35,741 nucleotides of DNA from Bipalium vagum (lineage: Eukaryota), in contig JBBMKC010199497.1 in assembly GCA_037834085.1 (NCBI GenBank), forward strand, positions 1-35,741. The letters are read 5' to 3'. A program made the translations under genes and the position numbers. Shown here piece after piece: positions 23,330 to 35,741 of this stretch. The number at the start of each line of letters is the position of its first letter. The first letter of the stretch is position 1. Below the pieces are notes generated by a model. That model searched no databases. It saw nothing but the letters and a program-made list of their open reading frames with translations, and was not told the origin of the DNA.

Positions 23330-24130
23330 GAATAACGATGGTTTCCAATCAATATGGTATCCATAGCTAAACAGAATATATAGTAGTATTTTATTACTTA
23401 TTTTACCTTTGTCTTTGAAGAGAATTGAATTGAAAAATTGATTATAAATTTTAAACATACAAGATATAGCTAAAATATCGCATGCTGCAATGGTCCTTGT
23501 CCATACACTGAGAAATTTGTTTAAAATGTTTACGAACATGTGAAAGTTCTGGTTGGTAGCATTTATAAAATATCATTTTCAAAAACTAATTCAAAAAATC
23601 TGGTTTCAACAAAAATTTAATCTGAGTATTAAAATAGTTTTTTGTTTTATTAATCAAAATAGGTGAAAATTGAATGTCTCCGAGAAATTTGAATTTGATT
23701 TAATATGATGCTTAAGAGCGACATGCGTCTATTAGATGGCAATCGCGATGACATAATTTCGTCGTTTAACTAGACGGAATTATGCAAAATCAATTATTTT
23801 TGAAGTTAGAAAACGTGCTTAAATCAACATTTTCTGACTTATTTGATTCTTTAATTAATAAGTATATTTCTATGAAAGATTATAATAATACGAAAATATC
23901 TGTCACTAATGCTAAAAAGCCGATATCTGAGTTTACAATATCAAACTTTTGCGAAGTTCTGAGAACTACAGAGTGAGAATGAAGGAGACGTTTCGGTCTC
24001 AAGGACGAATAGAGCTGCAGATACTATATGTGTGGAAACAATGCCTGTAAAACTGAGAAAGGTCGAAAATATGATCAAATATATCTCTGGTGAAATAGAT
24101 ATGATACCCGCTTCTAGCTTCATAGCTATG
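23330..24130 (+). mobile_element. Probable hAT-superfamily (ZMYM1-like) transposase remnant
   Basis: Ordered fragments: an HS.N-like motif; QDIAKISHAAMVLVHTLRNLFKMF; MLK.HASIRWQSR (hAT RW.SR motif). Many stops. Confidence 0.45.
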
Positions 24131-24379
24131 ATCAAATATTGATGCTCACAACCCCTTTTTAAAATGTCTTGCTATTTACTCAATCTCCTGTCTCAAAATT
24201 TTTTCTCTATGCTCCCCTCTACCATTACAATTTATATATCCATTTTCACCCAAGTCAATCTAGTCTCCCTGTCGATTTAACAATAACCATTTTACACACT
24301 TTTTACATTCTAAATTTGCGAAAATTGGGAGTGTCAATATTCCATATATATATATTTGTTTATGTAAATATATTGAAAT

Positions 24380-24640
24380 TTAAAATTTCCCGAATTGGAC
24401 CTCAAAATGTGCAGCGTATAAAAATTTCAAATATCAGATGCCTAAATATGAAAAAAATTTTGAAATCGGTGACTCCATTCAAAAGTTATGGAGATTTTAA
24501 ATTTCTTTAAATTAATTTATTTAATATTATTTACTTAGCTGGTTCTTAGCTAACGACCGCGGCCATGGCCGCAATAATACACCCATGAGTGTTAACAGAA
24601 AGCTAAGGGGCACGGCCCTTCCCCACTAACTAACTGGTTT
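24380..24640. mobile_element. Possible non-autonomous Helitron/MITE-like repeat with a GC-rich terminal palindrome
   Basis: Perfect 14-bp palindrome gcggccatggccgc (24559-72) about 10 nt from CTAA on the minus strand; a second hairpin aaggg-gcacgg-ccctt; and a ttttgaaatcggtgactccattcaaaagttat motif resembling invertebrate Helitron/MITE internal sequence. Confidence 0.3.
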
Positions 24641-24816
24641 TTAAAAAAATCTTATTTAATTTATTAAATTTTATCAATGTAATATATATCATATTAGTGG
24701 AGTTTATTAATTAGAACTGGAAGAACAGTTTGATTTTTTGATAATTTTTTTAAAAAAAACTAAAAATTAGCTTATTAGTTTTCTCTGAGACATGTTTCAA
24801 ACTAAAGAATATTGTT

Positions 24817-25148
24817 AGATTATATTTATCTCAATTCTCATTGGTTGATTTATTTAATGAAAATATTTAGGCTCCATTAATTTCTGCTTTCATCATTCTG
24901 TGAAAATATTATATTAGGCATTTTATAAAATATCTTTGAATGTCCGTATTATTAACATTGGATTTTCTATAATTCATTTAAGACTTGTTTAGTAATTAAG
25001 TTTGTTTATAATATAAACATGAAGAAAGGAAACTAAAAATGAAAATGAAATTTTTTATCATGTACAAAGATTATATTTATCTAAATTCTCATTGGTTGAT
25101 TTATTTCATTAATATAAATAGGTTCCATTAGTTTCTGCTTTCATCATT
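24817..25148. repeat. Diverged ~81-bp direct repeat pair (24817-24897 and 25068-25148)
   Basis: agattatatttatct.aattctcattggttgatttattt...tagg.tccatta.tttctgctttcatcatt occurs twice, 251 bp apart. Confidence 0.88.
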
Positions 25149-25510
25149 AAATATGATAATCTGAATATTCGAAAATTTTATCATGTTTCAATATTTATAA
25201 AATTACAAAAGTATTCAATAATAATACAAGTATTTCTTTTGTTATTTAGTCATTCAACTTAATTCAGTGGGTAATTTCTTAAAAAATTATTTATAAGAAA
25301 TCTATTTATTTCATTTTAATTTTATAGTAATAATCTCTAATTTGTTTAATTTATTTAAAAATTTAACATAATTTTAAGTACAAGAACTGTTTAAAATGTA
25401 TCGTGAATTTATGATGAACAAAATGCAGTTTTTATTGCCAAAATATCGTAATAGATAGGGAATATTTAAGTTCTCGTCATCTAAAGCAATCTGTTCATCA
25501 TTTTAATATA

Positions 25511-26130
25511 CAATCACCGTAAAACGTTGAACAAAAAATGACACAGAACAGGTATATTAATTAAATATATAAGCAACATTGTCTTCAACAATATCACTGA
25601 ACTTAAAAAATAATTTCTTGATACCATCTTTATAAAAATTTACGAGAGTGGAATCAATAATCTTTGGATGGACATAGTTACAGCTTCATAAGAAACGAAA
25701 TTTTTCTCAGAAAAGAATTGTGACATTACTGAAACAGACGGTAATCAGAATTTTCAAATACTAACTATAAGAAGCACAAGATAAGTTTCCGGTTAATGTC
25801 GTTGATTTTCTTGTTTGTGCTATTTTATCATGCATTATCCTGATAAATATCTCAATTTCGATTTGAGTATCTTGGCCAGTTTTTTAATCTCACTTCAATC
25901 TCTCCACCGGGCACAATACTCATGCGCTATTATTGTTTCACCAAGCAGCAATTCGAAATACATATCCTTAGCAGACCATCAAATCTTTCTCCCACGAATA
26001 ATTTGTTTGTGAATTTTGATTGTGGGTCTTTGGCGAAATAAAACATTTCCTTTTACATACAACTGGATTTATCGTACATTACCCATTTCTCGTCAACAGT
26101 TATTATACGATTTAAGAATTCATTTTCTTG
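25511..26130 (-). mobile_element. Mariner (DD34D-type) transposase relic, catalytic and C-terminal part
   Basis: Minus strand: FLNRIITVDEKWVMYD...FELLLGETI...YQDNA...SDYRLFQ...FYKDGIKKL...IVEDNVAYIFN*. Confidence 0.88.
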
Positions 26131-28523
26131 TTTGGAAACGAGGTTTTTGAATTTTCGTATTATTATTATAATCAACTAAAATATTTTTTGCAGAAAATTA
26201 ATATCTTTTTACAAATGAATTTTCTGGTATTATCATTTTCGAATATTAATTAAGCAATGCTATAGAATTGAAGTCATTAAAAATGTGAACAATATATTAG
26301 AATTGGATTCATTTTAAAATTAAATATTCAGATGCATTTTTTAAACCTCGGATATTAGACTTCGAATCAATGGTGTATTTTAGTATGGAAAAGATTTTAA
26401 TCAGTTTCTTTATTTTTAAATCATAACTTTTCTGAAACTAAATTCTCAACAATTTATATTAATGACAATCATAATAAAATAAGCCTTATATTATATTACT
26501 AAAATTATTCGAATAAATAATCTTTTCTTAACAATAATTAGAAGGTTATGTTTTAACTGAATAAATTTCCTCTGAGACCTCTTTATCTTATGATGTTACA
26601 AGAATATTCATTATAAATAAATTATTATAAAATGTATTAGTATGAAATGAGCTGTCAAATTTTACTATTCTTAAATTTTCATTTCAATATTTACAGATAT
26701 TCAAACCGAAAGAAATAAAAGATCAAACCTTTGAAGCCAAAAACAAAATAACCAACCAAAAATTAAATTAAATGACTTTCGGAAGATTAATTTTGTAAAA
26801 AATTGATTTTTATTCCTTTTATAATGTGAATATCAATTTTATTTTAGTATTTTATTTTTTTGTCAAAATGTAATAATTCAAAAAATATTTTTTATTAATA
26901 TTGATTGAAAACAACTTCAAGAAAAAAAACCTGCAAGTCGATATTATAAGGAAAAATGAATTAATCCAGGAACTGTTTTATATCAACGAAATACTTTTTA
27001 ATTGCCAATTAGGAAAATAAATAACACTTTCTTAAAATCAACACACGATCGACGGTAAGTAACAAAATAGGAAGCAATAAGTTTTATTAAACATCATTGA
27101 TTTAGTACGGGAGATTGAAGATATTATTAATATTTATTAAAGGATTGTCAATATTGTGTAAAAGTACTTAGTAAAAATCATATTGACAATTTTTAAAAAG
27201 ATTATTTAGTGTCTTTTCCAAGTTTTTTTTAGTTTTAATGATTTTATGTCATACATGGTCCCACAGCTCAATAATTAATATTTTTAAATATCTAAGAAAT
27301 GGAAAATATATATAATCGAAATTATTTTGGTTTTGTTAAACATGTAAAATAACTTCAATAGATAAATAACAAGATTTTTTCTTACATTACTTAGATTTAA
27401 ATTTAATTTAAATACTAGATCGCTAACCTCCATCTAATTCAAGGATTCAAGGATATATCATTAAACAACCTCATATCTTTACACTTATAGTTGTGAATCT
27501 GAAATCTTTCAAAACTGTCCTTAGTCGATGAGAATCCAAGTTTTAACTAAGGTAAAATCAAGGAGTTTTAAAATCACGTTTATTATTATAAATCTCAAAG
27601 CATAACTTTGATTCTTTATATTTTGCATTAAATCGATATTCTGCGTTTTAATTTTATATCTTATTGAATCGCAGATTTTATTGATCTATAAACGAACGCT
27701 TATGTTGAATAGTGAGATATGTTAAACTAACATTAATTAATACAATTACTCAACAGATAATTAAGAATTTTGATAATTCGGACAAATAATTTTGTGTCTA
27801 GACTTTAAAGGCTATTTTTAAAAAATAAATATTTGTCAAAATTAACCTAATTCTTTTATAGAAAACATTAATTACCAATTTAAATCTTTCGATGAGCTTA
27901 GGTAAGTGTTCAATGGGAAAAATTTTGACGAAAATACTAATCTTCGCGACATAATAATTACATTGTGTACCTCGGATAAGTTAATAATATTTATAAAATT
28001 TTCACAGTGAAATTAAATGCAAATTATAATTAATTTTAACTAATAATTAGATAAAGTTACGACCATGATGATCTCACCGATGTATGATATCCATAGAGAA
28101 AGCGAATATTTGGTTAAAAATCTTGAACTCCTCTTCAAGACTGATAGTCGCCTTGAAATAACCATCTTCAGAATACACCTGCTTAAAGTCAGAGTACTTG
28201 GAAAGCCGCATGATAATACTGATCATCAAAAGTTTGTAATGAAGATAAATTCTGGATGAATGTATCGATCAACTATATGTATCCCAAACAAAATTAAGCA
28301 CTCATAAGGAACATAATTTTTTAAATGACTTTAGTTTCTGATAAGAAAATAATTAATTTATAATTATTATAAACCTGTAATTATAACTATATTGTATTTA
28401 TTATTTATTACTCAATATGTAGATAATTTATAATGCTACTTTACAATTTATAAAGTAAATAACTTACAAATCTTAAAATTATTCATTTTTATAAATTGTA
28501 ATTTAGTCCCTCTTATTATAATA

Positions 28524-29169
28524 CTATGGTGATACAAAAGTTCATTCTCAAAGAACTCTTATAAAGAAATTTTACATTCCATACAAGGTTTTACCGTTAT
28601 TTTCAAAATTTTATGTCTAAAATGTATAATTTTTTTAAGTACCAATTTATCATTTGTTTAAATATTGAAATATTGACTGTAAGTTTTTGAATTTCACTAA
28701 ATAATTTTTTTCAAATCTTGTGATTAAGATGACTTCTACGAAATTTGAGATAAGTCTTGTTGCGCCACTATTGGAAAAATGACTTGAGCATGAAGGATAT
28801 GTGAGTTTGAAGGAATTTTGTTCTCAAAGGACTGCAGTTAAGTGGTTCAAGTGATTCACTAAGGGAGATTTGAACCTTGAAGACAAGCCACTTTTAAGTC
28901 GACCTTCACTACACTATTGGATGATAAAATGATTACAGCCTTGAAAGACAATTCTTTTTTAAGTTTACGCGATTTAGTTGCAAATGTTTGGTGTACTTCA
29001 AACCACTGTTCTGAGAGTTTGGTATTATCTGTTTCGTACTTTGACCAGATAAGAATTCTATCACATCAGTGGCGTAAAATCATTGAAGCTGTTGGACTTT
29101 ATTTTGAAGAGTAGTGTTATTGTTGTAAAGAAATATATTATTTTGAGCACAAACTTTTGCTCGAACTAG
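28524..29169 (+). mobile_element. Internally deleted mariner element
   Basis: Imperfect TIRs CTATGGTGATACAAAAGTTCATTCTCAAA and, on the minus strand, CTAGTTCGAGCAAAAGTTTGTGCTCAAA. The HTH region QRTAVKWFK*FTKGDLNLEDKP..SRPS is joined to the C-terminus IRILSHQWRKIIEAVGLYFEE*. Confidence 0.85.
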
Positions 29170-30629
29170 TTTTTTCTATCTGCAGTTTCTTTATTTGCAC
29201 ATACTTTGTCCTCTTTTTGACCTCTGTAATAATCAATGAAGTCTGACGCAAGTCTTGGAATCTATGATAACTCGGGAATCAGTGATTAAAATTTGACAAA
29301 ATAAGTTTCATCAGAATCTTTATTGCCATATCAAAATACAGTTTGGTTTTCCCTTTGATGGATTCGTATAAAAAATATTAATAATAAACATGAGCATGAT
29401 TTACTCAAAATAATCGATTCAACTTTTCAAAAAATAAATAAATATCAATTTTCGAAAGATGTTGAGCATGATATCTAGATGTATTGGAAAGGAACCAATT
29501 CTGAATGAATAAACAATGACTTTTATTAAATGTTTATTATACTGTGGATTATGTAAAACGTATAATACAAGTTTTGTATCTAAAGTAGAATTTTATTAAA
29601 ATTAAGTTGTAAATTAAATGCAAAATGTTGCAAATTATATGAGAAACCCTGTAAATATTTAATTATAAAATCCACATTTTACTGCCACCTGTAATAGATG
29701 ATAAAAACTTTTCGATTCATTTCTGGAATATAGTGAATATTAACTTACGATTCTGTATTAAGTCTTTCTCCGGTTTGTCTACGTTTCTTTTCCTCCGCTA
29801 ATTAAAAAAAATCTTCTAGAATTTCAATCAAAGATGTTATTTTTGGGTCTTTTGACGTCACATTTTTAAAATAAATTCCTTGATGTTTGCCTTAATTTTT
29901 TTATTTTTTCAAATCTTCTATTATACAATGAAAACTACTGTAATCGATTGATTTATTTATTATTTTAAAAAAATGTCTAATGAATCACAAGGATGGAAAC
30001 TAATTTTTTGACCGAATTAATGCAAAACCTTTGTTTTCAACAATTGATTTCAACAATTGAAAACATCAAGTGATTGGAAAAAAAATTGTTAATAATGCTT
30101 TAAAAATCATATTTTAATGACCAAAATTCTTATCGTTTCGAACTTAAAAAATATTTTAAAGAACTGAGAACCATAAATAATTTAAAGCTAATAATAATAA
30201 AGTATCAAATCTTCTTTGCAGAATGTCACATGAATCACAAGTTACGACGTATTTTGGGGGCAATATGGATATGCTACCTTAAAATTCAATCTTTTGTGAC
30301 ATCTAAGATTATGATTGATCAAACAAATCTAGATGAATGCCTGTTAAGGAAACCACTTACGTCTATTAAATTAAATTTACCTTGAACCATTGCAATGGAG
30401 TGACTTACAATTTGTCACTATATAAGATGCATGATATGTTTATTATGAAAAGAAAGCTGATTTTGTTCAAATAAAATGGTAATCCACCAAATAAATAATC
30501 CAGAACTTCGGTCTATTGTATAGGGGTAAATTTTAATGTCACGATGCGGAAAGAATTTTATATTATTCTATTGGAAAAATCAAGAAAGTAAAAAAGTCAA
30601 TTAACAATAAATGAATAATAATATAAATA

Positions 30630-31371
30630 CGAGAGCTATGTTTTAAGTTCTACATATGGTGGCATAGAAGCTTTGCTAATAAAAATTTAGAATGTAAAAC
30701 AGGCATCAATATTCAATTAATTAACATTCAAGATTTCGTTTAAATAATCGTTTATTAGTGGTGATTATTTTTAAATCCCAATAAACAGAAAAAATTTATT
30801 TAAGCAAAGAAAATTATCCGGAACTATTCTTCTATAATTATCGAAAAATATTATCTGTTTTGGAATGAAACACCACATCAGTCAACAATTTTCCATTGGT
30901 AAGGTAAAAACAAAGGTAGCCGTTTTAATATTTCGGATGACCTAATCAACGAAGATCGACGAGTGACATATCTTGAGAACAAAAAATAGGAGACGAAAAA
31001 TTTTTCATCACCATGATAATGCTAATTCATATATCACTCAAACAACCACTGAATTTTTGAATTCTCAAAACATCGAGCTATTAACTCATACTCCGTGTAG
31101 CTCCAATCTGAGTCCCAACGACATCTTTAATTTCTCTAAGATTAAGAATAAACTTCAAGGGTTTGGTTACAATCACCAGAAATGGCAGTAAACTGTTTTA
31201 AAATGGAAATTTTTAAGTCATATTTGATGATTGGAAAAACTGCTTTAACAGTTGGTTTGAACGCAAATAAAAATGTATAATTCTTGGTAGATCATATTTT
31301 TAAAAATAAAACATTTTGAGTTTTTTAGGCTTATTTTATGAATATATTTAGAACTTAAAAAACAACCTAAA
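30630..31371 (+). mobile_element. Internally deleted mariner, DD34D (irritans-like)
   Basis: TA-CGAGAGCTATGTTTTAAGTTCTACATAT versus the right end, minus strand TTTAGGTTGTTTTTTAAGTTCTAAATAT. HHHDNANSY...HTPCSSNLSPNDIF has 34 aa between the two D residues. Confidence 0.88.
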
Positions 31372-31373
31372 TA

Positions 31374-32528
31374 ATAGGTTATCCAATAATTATAATTAGT
31401 TTTTTTGTTATTACATATTTATTTTTAAGATTGGTTTAATTAGATCAATTAAACATTATTTTATAGTTATAGTTATCTCCTTTCAAACTTATTTTAATAT
31501 TTTTGTTTGTGTTGTTAAAAATTTGATTACTTTAAATGGATATGCAAGTGGAAAAATTTGAACATCTCCGCCACGGAAATCGATAAGATTTTTCAGGTTT
31601 ATGTCAAATATTTTGTATGAGGAAGAACAGCTCAAAAATGGATCACCCACTTTAAAGAAAGCAAGTGAGCTCACAGCTCGACCTCATACAAGCTGAATAA
31701 GATTTGGAAAATGTGTATTGCGAAAATTCTCAATACACAACGCGAGAATTTGCCGATAAAAATTGGTTACTCACCGCAAACCATACTAAACCATTTAAAT
31801 GCAAATAAGTGACTCGTGGGTGCCACAACAATTGAGGCAGGAAAACAAAGTTCAAGAAGATAACATATGCACCTCTATACTCTAGCGACATCGCATGGCT
31901 AGCGATCGAAATCAAGCTTTTTTGAACCAATTCTTTACAGGTGATGAAAATGGCATATCTTAATATTAAGAAAAGAAAATAATGGATTAGTCGAAATGAA
32001 AAGGTAAAATTACGTGTAAGGTTAATTTTTCATCTCAAGATGTCAATTCTCTATATTTGGTGGGATATGACACGCTTTATTCACCATGAAATATTTGCTA
32101 GGATTCAAAGAATCACCGCCGAAGTGTACAGTGCAAAGTTTCACATTCTAAACTACAATTATTCAAAATCGACCAGATCTTTAGCATAGTGTATTTCAAC
32201 AAAACAATGTCCGTCCACTTATAGCAAGTACTCCAGAAGAACTTGAATGTGATGTCAGTCCTCTCCCGCCCTACTCACCTGACCTTGCTACTTTGGTTTC
32301 CCATCTCTTTTGCTCACTTAAAGGAAATGTCTTTAGATTATGAAAATGAGCTGGAAAATTGGCTTCGCGAATGATTCGCATCTAAACTTCATTAATTTTT
32401 CAAACATGTGATCAAAGAACGTCTGGTGTCATATATTATTGATTGATTATTATTAATCTGTGTCAAAAAATAAATTTTCCTATGGCATAATTCTTTGAAA
32501 AAAGGAAAGAAATTATTGAAAAACCTGA
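31374..32528 (+). mobile_element. Near full-length decayed mariner (DD34D-type)
   Basis: TIRs ATAGGTTATCCAATAAT and, on the minus strand, TCAGGTTTTTCAATAAT, with TA flanks. Motifs MDMQVEKFEHLRH, WVPQ, TGDE, IWWDM, FQQNNVRP and PPYSPDLA occur in order. Confidence 0.9.
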
Positions 32529-32879
32529 TATAAAGACTTGTTGGGTGTTGAATAGAGTGAATAATTTTTATAGAATCCCTTTACAAAAATTTTATTTTAA
32601 AAAATTTAACAATTAGTTTTACTACAAAATATCGAATTATTTTAATTATTTCAAGTCAATTTTATTAAAATTTGACATTTAAAATGTATTATGGTTACGT
32701 TATGAATATGATTACTCTTATTTCTTAATATAAAATATTACTAAACGTATACAAAATTATCATATAAATTATATAAAAAAAAGTTAAACATATGTAAAAG
32801 TAAAGTGTATCATTTTCAGAAAAAGCAATTGAATACATTTCCTATTTTTAACCTTTCATTTTCAAACGAAATATTAAAT

Positions 32880-33235
32880 ATGGATACTAAACAAGTAAGC
32901 AATTCCAATGCGAAACCTATTATAAAAGAGATTGTACTAATCTTAAAAAATCTGTTACAGAATAAATCTCCAAAAGAAATTGCATTGGTTTTGGAGCTTT
33001 CAATTCCAAAAATATACAAAATACAATTACGATGATTGTGAAGGAAACATCAGTGGAAATGGTAAAAACGTTACGAAATCAGGAAGAAAATACTACGGTA
33101 AATGATAAAATTTGCGAAATTATAAAAATAAATTGTATTTTAACGCAAAAGTTATGAGTCTTAAACATAAAGAATTAGGAATTGAGGTTTCCCAGAGTAC
33201 TATTTCGAAATGTTTATCAAAATCTAACATTGGAA
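32880..33235 (+). mobile_element. Tc1/IS630-like transposase N-terminal HTH fragment
   Basis: KSPKEIALVLELSIPKIYKI...KSGRK...LGIEVSQSTISKCL, a paired-HTH pattern. Confidence 0.5.
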
Positions 33236-33239
33236 CCCT

Positions 33240-33435
33240 CAAATTGCATTACTATCATGTTCATCCTGTTCAGAAAACTAATCATGGGGTTAAGGAAACA
33301 ATCTTGAAAATAACCAGTAATTATTTTGACCTGTGTTAATCGTTTCATGACGTCTCTTCTCACTGTGGATGTATTTATCATGGAATTTGAAAGACTCCAG
33401 AATGATCTGCAACTGATTATTAATGAAGACATCTT
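33240..33435 (-). mobile_element. Possible Tc1-like transposase fragment
   Basis: Minus strand INTSTVRR...NPMISFLNR...QF resembles S.STVRR...KP.IS..N...R..F. Confidence 0.35.
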
Positions 33436-35349
33436 CTACGTATATACGTGTGATGCAACTTTTATTTTAAATGAACAAAATCTATTTTAGTTTGTTAAAT
33501 GTTTTTTTATTTATGTATACTTATTATTATTCTATATATAAATTAAAATTTTTTAATCTCATTAACCTTATTTTGATAAATTAAATTTTTCTTTATAAAT
33601 TTATATATTTTGAATGTTATGTTATTTTTTAATCTTATTGCTTTAATAATAATAAATAATAATAATAGAAAAGCAATAGTGAGTGCTTTCCTACAAAAAA
33701 AATTAATAAATTTATTTTGTATATTTATCTCATTTTTGTATATTTTTTACAATTTGTATAAAAATTTAGTTATCTCGATAAATGAAACAAAATTTGATAA
33801 ATACAAAGTTTTTGATTCAGGGAATGTTGCATTACTGAAGCATATAATGTACTATAAAATCTCATATAAAAACTCATTTTCTGTTAAATATTGCAGAAAT
33901 TCAAACGTTAACTTCACATAATTGATCATTAATCAAATAAGACATTTGCAATAATATTATGCAATAATCAATTAAAAACTCTCAACAAATTGGTAAACAT
34001 GGTCATCCATGTTAATCTATTAACATTTATTTAAACAAAATAAAGATATTAGATAAATATATTTTTTTAAAATCTCTGATAAAATAATTGACCAACTTAG
34101 ACTAATTAATAAATGAATAAAACAAGTCTTTAACAAATTCCGTCAGATGAAGAGTCGTGTTTTTCAAGCACTATCTGTTATGGAAGTTAATTTCAGCAAT
34201 ATGGTTTCATAATTTTCTTCTCGAAAACCAAAACCATGTGTTTATTACAATTTTATACTAAATAAAAGTTTAATTCGAAAATCAACATAATTGTACAAAA
34301 AATTCAGACATTTTAATTTTATTTTATAAAGCAGATAGATTAAATTAATAAATCCAATATCAATAGATTATATTAAATATCATGATAAATAGGAATATAT
34401 ACTTACTTATAAGTACCAAATACAATATCTATGTAAATTTATAATTTTTTATGTCTAAAATTAAAGAACTTGATAAATAACTTAGTATCAGAATTTAAAT
34501 AAAACAACAATGAATAGTTAATAAAACAAGTATGTAAACATTACATAATAAGAATATAAAATAAAATAATTGTCGGTAAAAGTTATAAAACTAAAATTTT
34601 TCTAAATTCATCTACTATATTAATATAAATTTTATAAATTTGCTTTGAAATATAAATATCAAATCAAATGTTAAAATAAAAAGTTAGGAATATGACAATT
34701 TTTAAAAAATGTCATTAAGATAAATACAGATTTTTATTTGTTTTTTGTATTCCTGTACTTTAAGTATATTTGCATAAGCATTAAAGGTAATATATATTAT
34801 TAAATTCTTGAAAATTTAATTTAATCTTTAGTCAATATAATTTTAAAAATTAAGATAAATAGGTTTTACATTATAAAAAGATGAATTTTATTAAGTTAGT
34901 AACAGAAAAATTAAGCGCTGCAATTTAACAACTTAAAATATTTATAAATATTTTAATAACAAGATTTCATGAAAATTCCTCTCTAAAATTGATGTTTCTT
35001 AAGAAATCGAAGAAAATAAATATAAACCATTTACAAATACCGTCCATATGTTTTGGGCCACCTCTAAAATTTCGATAAAATGATGAAAATATATAATTAT
35101 AAGTATTTTAATCCTATCTATATTTAAATATATGATAGAATATGTTGAAGTACATGTTTCCAATCACAAATTCCCAAAGTAAAATTTTCGTAAATGTAGA
35201 AAAACCGATTTGTTCAGAAACATCAATTTTTACGTCATTTTGAATACAAGACTAAAACCTCAATAAAATATCTTTTATTTACATTTCATATGATCAAACA
35301 TATAATAATAAAAAGTGAACCTAATGAACAATTGCGATACTCGAATTCA

Positions 35350-35741
35350 TTACCTTTTTAATGACCTCTTGCATCCTTCTTGACATGCTTTCATATAGAT
35401 TTTTAATTTTAGATGTTGGAATCATTGCTCATGGATCCTCCAAATTCTTCCACAGTGCCTCAATATTTGTCGGCCTACAGCTATGAACTCTGGCTTTTAT
35501 GTCAGACCACAACGGCTCAATTATATTCAAATCTGACGATTGAGCCGGCCAATCACTGAGTACGCAGATTTTTTTCATGTCCAAAAAAGAAAACACCAAT
35601 TTTGATTTGTGGTATGGAGCTCCGTCTTGTTGAAATATATTCTCTGCATCATATTAGTAGGAGTAATCCTCTCTTCAATACATCCTTGTAGGCATCAGAA
35701 TTCATCCGATCCGGACACCTTACCAGAACTCTGGTACCATC
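35350..35741 (-). mobile_element. Tc1-like transposase C-terminal part with DD35E spacing; continues beyond the window
   Basis: Minus strand: RMNSDAYKDVL...IFQQDGAPYHKSKLVFSFLDMKKICVLSDWPAQSSDLNIIEPLWSDIK...LYESMSRRMQEVIK, 35 aa from D to E, with one frameshift and one stop. Confidence 0.92.

Noticed and set aside
7771-33921. Numerous 60-120 aa ORFs rich in I/L/F/K/N (for example 7771-8040, 12458-12643, 17570-17827, 18200-18388, 24169-24510, 33610-33921)
   Set aside because: Their composition reflects AT-rich noncoding DNA or antisense TE frames, with no domains or splice support.
1-35741. CRISPR array, rRNA, tRNA or prokaryotic operon
   Set aside because: No regularly spaced repeats with unique spacers and no structural RNA signatures were seen. 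The sequence is intron-containing eukaryotic DNA.

Overview
Very AT-rich eukaryotic (metazoan) genomic DNA. The AAT microsatellites, dense Tc1/mariner relics and a Polinton relic suggest an AT-rich invertebrate such as a planarian, but that is inference only. The single clear host gene is the 3' part of a Shab/Kv2 (KCNB) voltage-gated potassium channel on the + strand. One large exon starts at a phase-0 acceptor at 87 and encodes S1-S6. It either reads on to a stop at 1041-1043 or splices from a phase-0 donor after 1031 to a probable terminal exon at 7317-7742 that the ORF track only partly shows. That distal exon encodes an Akt-type RPRTASF motif and a Kv2 PRC/phospho-FFAT-like tail. The rest is largely decayed mobile elements: about 11 Tc1/mariner-superfamily relics (DD34D, DD35E, DD37D and rosa-like), a decayed Polinton/Maverick minor-capsid (PZ-like) gene, fragments resembling Penelope GIY-YIG, CR1/L2, RLE non-LTR, hAT and LTR elements, and a young unclassified GC-rich element with 165-bp direct repeats. 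No rRNA, tRNA or CRISPR array was seen. All element calls come from manual motif reading, not database searches.
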